Positions 47,741 to 51,330 of a stretch of DNA of 51,330 nt are shown in pieces. Position 1 is the first letter of the stretch; each line of letters opens with the position of its first letter. The DNA comes from an uncultured Chromatiales bacterium (GTDB lineage: Bacteria > Pseudomonadota > Gammaproteobacteria > SZUA-140): NCBI GenBank assembly GCA_964546765.1, contig CAZJKV010000003.1:1-51330 (forward strand), written 5' to 3'. The notes under the pieces are model-generated. The model saw only the letters and a program-made list of their open reading frames with translations. It ran no database searches and was not told where the DNA came from. Position numbers and translations under genes: made by a program.

Positions 47741-47991
47741 TTCGTTCTGCCGTGCAATTGCGCGGCCGTATCGAGGGTCATCAATATCGAGCCTGCGCGG
47801 CAACGACACACATGCGCGATCAGATGCTGGATCTTGTCAAGTCGCCCGCTGCTGTGCCCATCGCGTTTCTCTGCGGCGTGCTGGCAGACCGTCTGCGCAA
47901 TCCCGGCATGCACCTTATCAGCCGGATCGCCTCGGCCGGGATGACGCTGGTGAGCGTGATCCGTCTGGAACGCGCGCTCAGACATCTCTGA
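47719..47991 (+). CDS. Hypothetical protein (YqjK-like position)
   Basis: Overlaps the previous ORF and is third in a yqjD-yqjE-yqjK-like arrangement. Confidence 0.5.
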   Translation: MFGRKRLIRSAVQLRGRIEGHQYRACAATTHMRDQMLDLVKSPAAVPIAFLCGVLADRLRNPGMHLISRIASAGMTLVSVIRLERALRHL

Positions 47992-48022
47992 GTCGCGGTA
48001 TCCGGGTGGAAAACCGAGCTCG

Positions 48023-48442
48023 TCACTCCTGATTGACCCCCTGCAGATACATTACCATCGCCTCCAGTTCCTCCCCCGGTAAATCCTGGTATCGCTGCTT
48101 GGCCTGCACCACCGTTCCCGGCAGACGGCCCGCGATCGCATCGTCGGCAACAATCCATGCCCGGATCCCCTCTGCGTCCCGGCGCGCGCCGATGCCGTCG
48201 AGTGGATTGCGCGGGTTGCCGTTGCCGGCAATCGCGTGACAGCGCAGGCAGCCTTCGCGTTCGATCACCTCCCTTCCGAGTGCGATCCGCTCCGCATCGG
48301 CCGGCACGGTGGTACGCGCCGATGGCGACAGGGGATCCAGCTCCAGCATGTGCGCGTTCTGCAACCATGCGAACACCAGCGCAAGCAACAAAACCAGTAT
48401 CGCCGTCATCAATGCGAGCAGCCGTGCCATCCGTTCCCGCAT
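48023..48442 (-). CDS. Membrane-anchored monoheme cytochrome c
   Basis: N-terminal TM, CLRCH and PLDGIGAR. Confidence 0.85.
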   Translation of the reverse strand: MRERMARLLALMTAILVLLLALVFAWLQNAHMLELDPLSPSARTTVPADAERIALGREVIEREGCLRCHAIAGNGNPRNPLDGIGARRDAEGIRAWIVADDAIAGRLPGTVVQAKQRYQDLPGEELEAMVMYLQGVNQE

Positions 48443-48452
48443 GCGTATCCCC

Positions 48453-49772
48453 TCACACCATGTCGAACAGTTCGTTATGGATCCGTGATGACGGGACGTC
48501 GAGCGCGTCTAACATCGCGGCTACGGCCTCTACCATCGGTTTCGGCCCGCACAGGAAGTAATGCGCTTCCCGATAGCCTTCCGGCAACGTCATCGCGATC
48601 AGGTCTCGCGTGATCCGGCCGCGCGCGCCGATCCATCCCGGCGGCGGTCTATCGATCACGTACGTGACATTCAGGTTGAGCCTTCTCTCCAGCGCATCGA
48701 TCTCCTCGCGAAAGGTCACGTCGTCCCAGGTCGAGTCTGCATTGAACAGCCACAGCGGCCGCGCATCGCCGCGGTCGGCGAGCGTGCGCAGCATGCTGAT
48801 GATCGGCGTGATGCCGATGCCGCCTGCAATGAACACGAAGCCCGGCGCGTCGCGATGGCGGTCCGTGGTAAACACGCCGTACGGGCCGTCGACCCAGGCC
48901 TTTGTTCCGGGTGGGATCGCCGGTACCGTGCGCGTGAAGTCACCGAGCGCCTTGATCGTGAACTCGATGCGCCCGTCGTCACGCGCCGCGCTCGACGAAA
49001 TCGTGAACGGATGCTCGTCAAAGCGGAACGGTGAACCCCCGATCGTCAGCCATGCAAACTGACCCGGGCGGAAGCGCAGGCCGCCATGTCTCTGTGGTTC
49101 GACGACGAGCGTCGTCGCGCGCCCGCGTTCGGCTCGTACCCCGGCGATGCGCCACGGCCGGCGCATGATCGACCATGGACGAAGCAGACGTACATAAACG
49201 ATCAGCCATACCCAGAACAGCGTATATCCGAGCCACAGCCAGTGTATCTGCGGAGTCTGGCTGTAATAGCCGGCGCCCTCGATGTGGATGATCGCGAGCA
49301 GGAACGCGGCGGTCGCGAGCACGGCGTGCGCGATGCGCCAGAGTCGGTACTCGATGCGCAATGGCCTGCGCCACAGCGACGAGACGATGACGATTGCAAA
49401 CAGCAACAGCGCGATGCGGCCGGCGGTCATGTACAACGGCGCGTCAAGCGGATTCAGCGAACCGAGCGCATCCGGCCAGCCGATGCGCAGGATCATGAAA
49501 TGTCCGACGATCAGCGCGAGGCCGACCAGCGCGACGAGGCGATGAAAATAATAGATGATGTCGGCGCCGAACGGCGCGCACGCGCGCCGGAAGCGCGCGG
49601 TCAGCGCGAATTGCAGGCCCATGATCGCGACGCCGGAAAAGCCGAGCGCCATCGCGAAGTCCCACCCCAGGCCGATACCGTCCGGGATATCGCCGGCCAT
49701 CATCAGCATCAGCAACGGTGCCGAGATCAGCAGCAAGTAAAGGGCAGCCCAGAGCACGGCGGGATTGACCAC
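48453..49772 (-). CDS. Ferric reductase-like transmembrane oxidoreductase with FAD/NAD-binding domains
   Basis: Heme-ligating His residues in TM helices (FHR..GH, AH..IH), RPGQF, EHPFTISS, DGPYG, AGGIGITP and FLCGP. Confidence 0.9.
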   Translation of the reverse strand: MVNPAVLWAALYLLLISAPLLMLMMAGDIPDGIGLGWDFAMALGFSGVAIMGLQFALTARFRRACAPFGADIIYYFHRLVALVGLALIVGHFMILRIGWPDALGSLNPLDAPLYMTAGRIALLLFAIVIVSSLWRRPLRIEYRLWRIAHAVLATAAFLLAIIHIEGAGYYSQTPQIHWLWLGYTLFWVWLIVYVRLLRPWSIMRRPWRIAGVRAERGRATTLVVEPQRHGGLRFRPGQFAWLTIGGSPFRFDEHPFTISSSAARDDGRIEFTIKALGDFTRTVPAIPPGTKAWVDGPYGVFTTDRHRDAPGFVFIAGGIGITPIISMLRTLADRGDARPLWLFNADSTWDDVTFREEIDALERRLNLNVTYVIDRPPPGWIGARGRITRDLIAMTLPEGYREAHYFLCGPKPMVEAVAAMLDALDVPSSRIHNELFDMV

Positions 49773-49979
49773 GAATTTCCTCTTCGCAATACATCACATC
49801 ACCACGTATCGATGCCACCCGATATTACCCTAATTTACATGAGTTTTCTTGTGTGAGCCCGTCAATGGACGCGGTCATGAAAACGTGATTTGATGGAGTC
49901 GTGTCAAATCCATGAAAACGCTGTACGATCTTGTACTGCGGCGTGACAACGGACTGTATTCAGTAACAGGAGAACCGCC

Positions 49980-50399
49980 ATGCCAGATCTGAATGCCCTC
50001 ACCTCCAAGGCCGAACCTCATCTGCTGAGCGCAATGCGCATCATCACCGCGTTCCTGTTCATGCAGCACGGGACGATGAAGCTGTTCAGCTTCCCTGGCG
50101 AGCCGCCGTTCGGCAATCCCGAGTTCCTGACGCTGTTCTGGTGGGCCGGCGTGCTCGAGGTCTTCGGCGGCCTGCTCGTGCTGATCGGCCTGTTCACGCG
50201 GCCGGTCGCATTCCTGCTGTCGGGACAGATGGCGGTCGCCTATTTCATGGTGCATGCGCCGCAGGGCTTCTGGCCGATCATGAACGGCGGATCGCTCTCG
50301 GTCTTTTATTGCTTCGTGTTCCTGTACCTCGCCGCGGCCGGCGGCGGGCGCTGGAGCATCGACGCGATGCTGTCGCAGCGCAAGGGCGCGGCCTACTGA
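49980..50399 (+). CDS. DoxX family membrane protein
   Basis: LF..HG..KL, LE..GG..VLIGLFTR, MAVAYFMVH and G.GRWSID motifs. AGGAG RBS. Confidence 0.92.
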   Translation: MPDLNALTSKAEPHLLSAMRIITAFLFMQHGTMKLFSFPGEPPFGNPEFLTLFWWAGVLEVFGGLLVLIGLFTRPVAFLLSGQMAVAYFMVHAPQGFWPIMNGGSLSVFYCFVFLYLAAAGGGRWSIDAMLSQRKGAAY

Positions 50400-50416
50400 A
50401 ACCGCGCGGGGGTGGA

Positions 50417-51330
50417 TTGCGTCCCGCTTCGCGTGCGCGCGTAGCGCCTTCCTTGTCCTTGCGGCGCCGGTTCGCGCTGCTGCTCGCGGGTGTCTTGCCG
50501 CTCGCGGTGGCTGTTTCGCCGTTGGTGGCGCTGGCGGATTGCCCGACGCGCGGGTTGACGCCGATCGCAGCGCTGAAGGGCCCCGCCGGCGATGCGGTGC
50601 AGGGCAAGCGTGTCCTGGTACGCGGCGTCGTGAGCGGTGACTTTCGCGGCGACGATCGCCTGCGCGGTTTCTGGTTGCAATCACGCACCGGCGACGGCGC
50701 CTTGCCCGCCGGCATTTTCATATTCGTACCCGACCACGTGCCCGATGCGGCACCGGTCGCTCCCGGCATCGAGCTCGTCATCCGTGCGCGCGCCGGCGAG
50801 TTTCGTGGCCTGCGCCAGCTGAGCCGGGTCGAACATATCGAGGTCTGTGACCACCCTGGTTTGCCGCCGCCGGTGGCTCTGCCGTTCCCGCCCGCCGCGC
50901 CGTCACAACTCGAACGCTACGAAGGCCTGTATGTGCGGATCACCGAGCCACTGGCCGTCAGCGGCAATCACGAACTCGCGCGTTTCGGCAGCCTGATGCT
51001 CGCCGCCGGCGGCCGTCTGTTTCGTCCAACCAACGCCGCCGGGATGCGCGCCGCCGACAACGACCGTCGCCGTCTGGTGCTCGACGATGGCAGCTATCGG
51101 GCAAACCCGAGGCCGGTGCCCTATCTGGATCGCGACGGCACCCGCAGGGTCGGCAGCGAGGTCACCGCAGCGGCCGGTATCCTGACCCGGTCCTTCGGCG
51201 ACTGGCGGTTGCATCCGTTCGATCCTTCGGACGTGCGCTTCCGCGACGCGAACCCGCGCCCGGCGCCGCCGGAGCGCGGCCCCGGCATGCGTATCACGGG
51301 GTTCAATGTCGAAAATTACTTCCTGGCGCC
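50417..51330 (+). CDS. 5' part (partial) of ExeM/NucH-family extracellular endonuclease
   Basis: Manual translation shows a signal peptide, VRGVVSGDF..LRGFWLQ (OB fold), LERYEGLYV, LVLDDGS and RITGFNVENYF. Runs off the window end; TTG start uncertain. Confidence 0.85.
   Translation, partial: MRPASRARVAPSLSLRRRFALLLAGVLPLAVAVSPLVALADCPTRGLTPIAALKGPAGDAVQGKRVLVRGVVSGDFRGDDRLRGFWLQSRTGDGALPAGIFIFVPDHVPDAAPVAPGIELVIRARAGEFRGLRQLSRVEHIEVCDHPGLPPPVALPFPPAAPSQLERYEGLYVRITEPLAVSGNHELARFGSLMLAAGGRLFRPTNAAGMRAADNDRRRLVLDDGSYRANPRPVPYLDRDGTRRVGSEVTAAAGILTRSFGDWRLHPFDPSDVRFRDANPRPAPPERGPGMRITGFNVENYFLA

Noticed and set aside
449-51306. Many long antisense or alternate-frame ORFs in the track (e.g. 449-1546, 7977-9953, 25152-26804, 36435-37979)
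   Set aside because: They overlap well-supported genes, are Arg/Ala/Gly-rich and lack motifs. This is the expected shadow-ORF artefact of high-GC codon bias.

Overview
High-GC proteobacterial chromosomal window (GC judged by eye, not computed). Gene content points to a Chromatiales-like gammaproteobacterium, possibly a sulfur oxidizer. Left part: 3' end of a PPi-type phosphofructokinase, a membrane pyrophosphatase, a CDF transporter, sat, degQ, and a split class II ribonucleotide reductase (nrdJa with two LAGLIDADG inteins, nrdJb) behind two NrdR boxes. Next come a cytochrome c, regBA and rubredoxin/thiD/thiE/hemL. Between regB and rubredoxin is an unannotated candidate Fur-repressed small RNA with a promoter, an anti-SD loop and a terminator. 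Middle: a large LVIVD-repeat protein, housekeeping genes (yajQ, cca, ubiX, mpl and others) and a stand-alone MetH activation domain. These are followed by a nitrifier-type ncgABC-nirK operon with an NsrR box and an unexplained periplasmic operon (ankyrin lipoprotein, diheme-FGE fusion, second FGE-fold protein). After uvrD lies a lower-GC general-stress island whose promoters share a TGTGC-N6-GCACA palindrome and which includes an unannotated 25-aa membrane peptide. No rRNA, tRNA, CRISPR array or transposase was seen. All calls come from motif recognition by eye; no searches were run.
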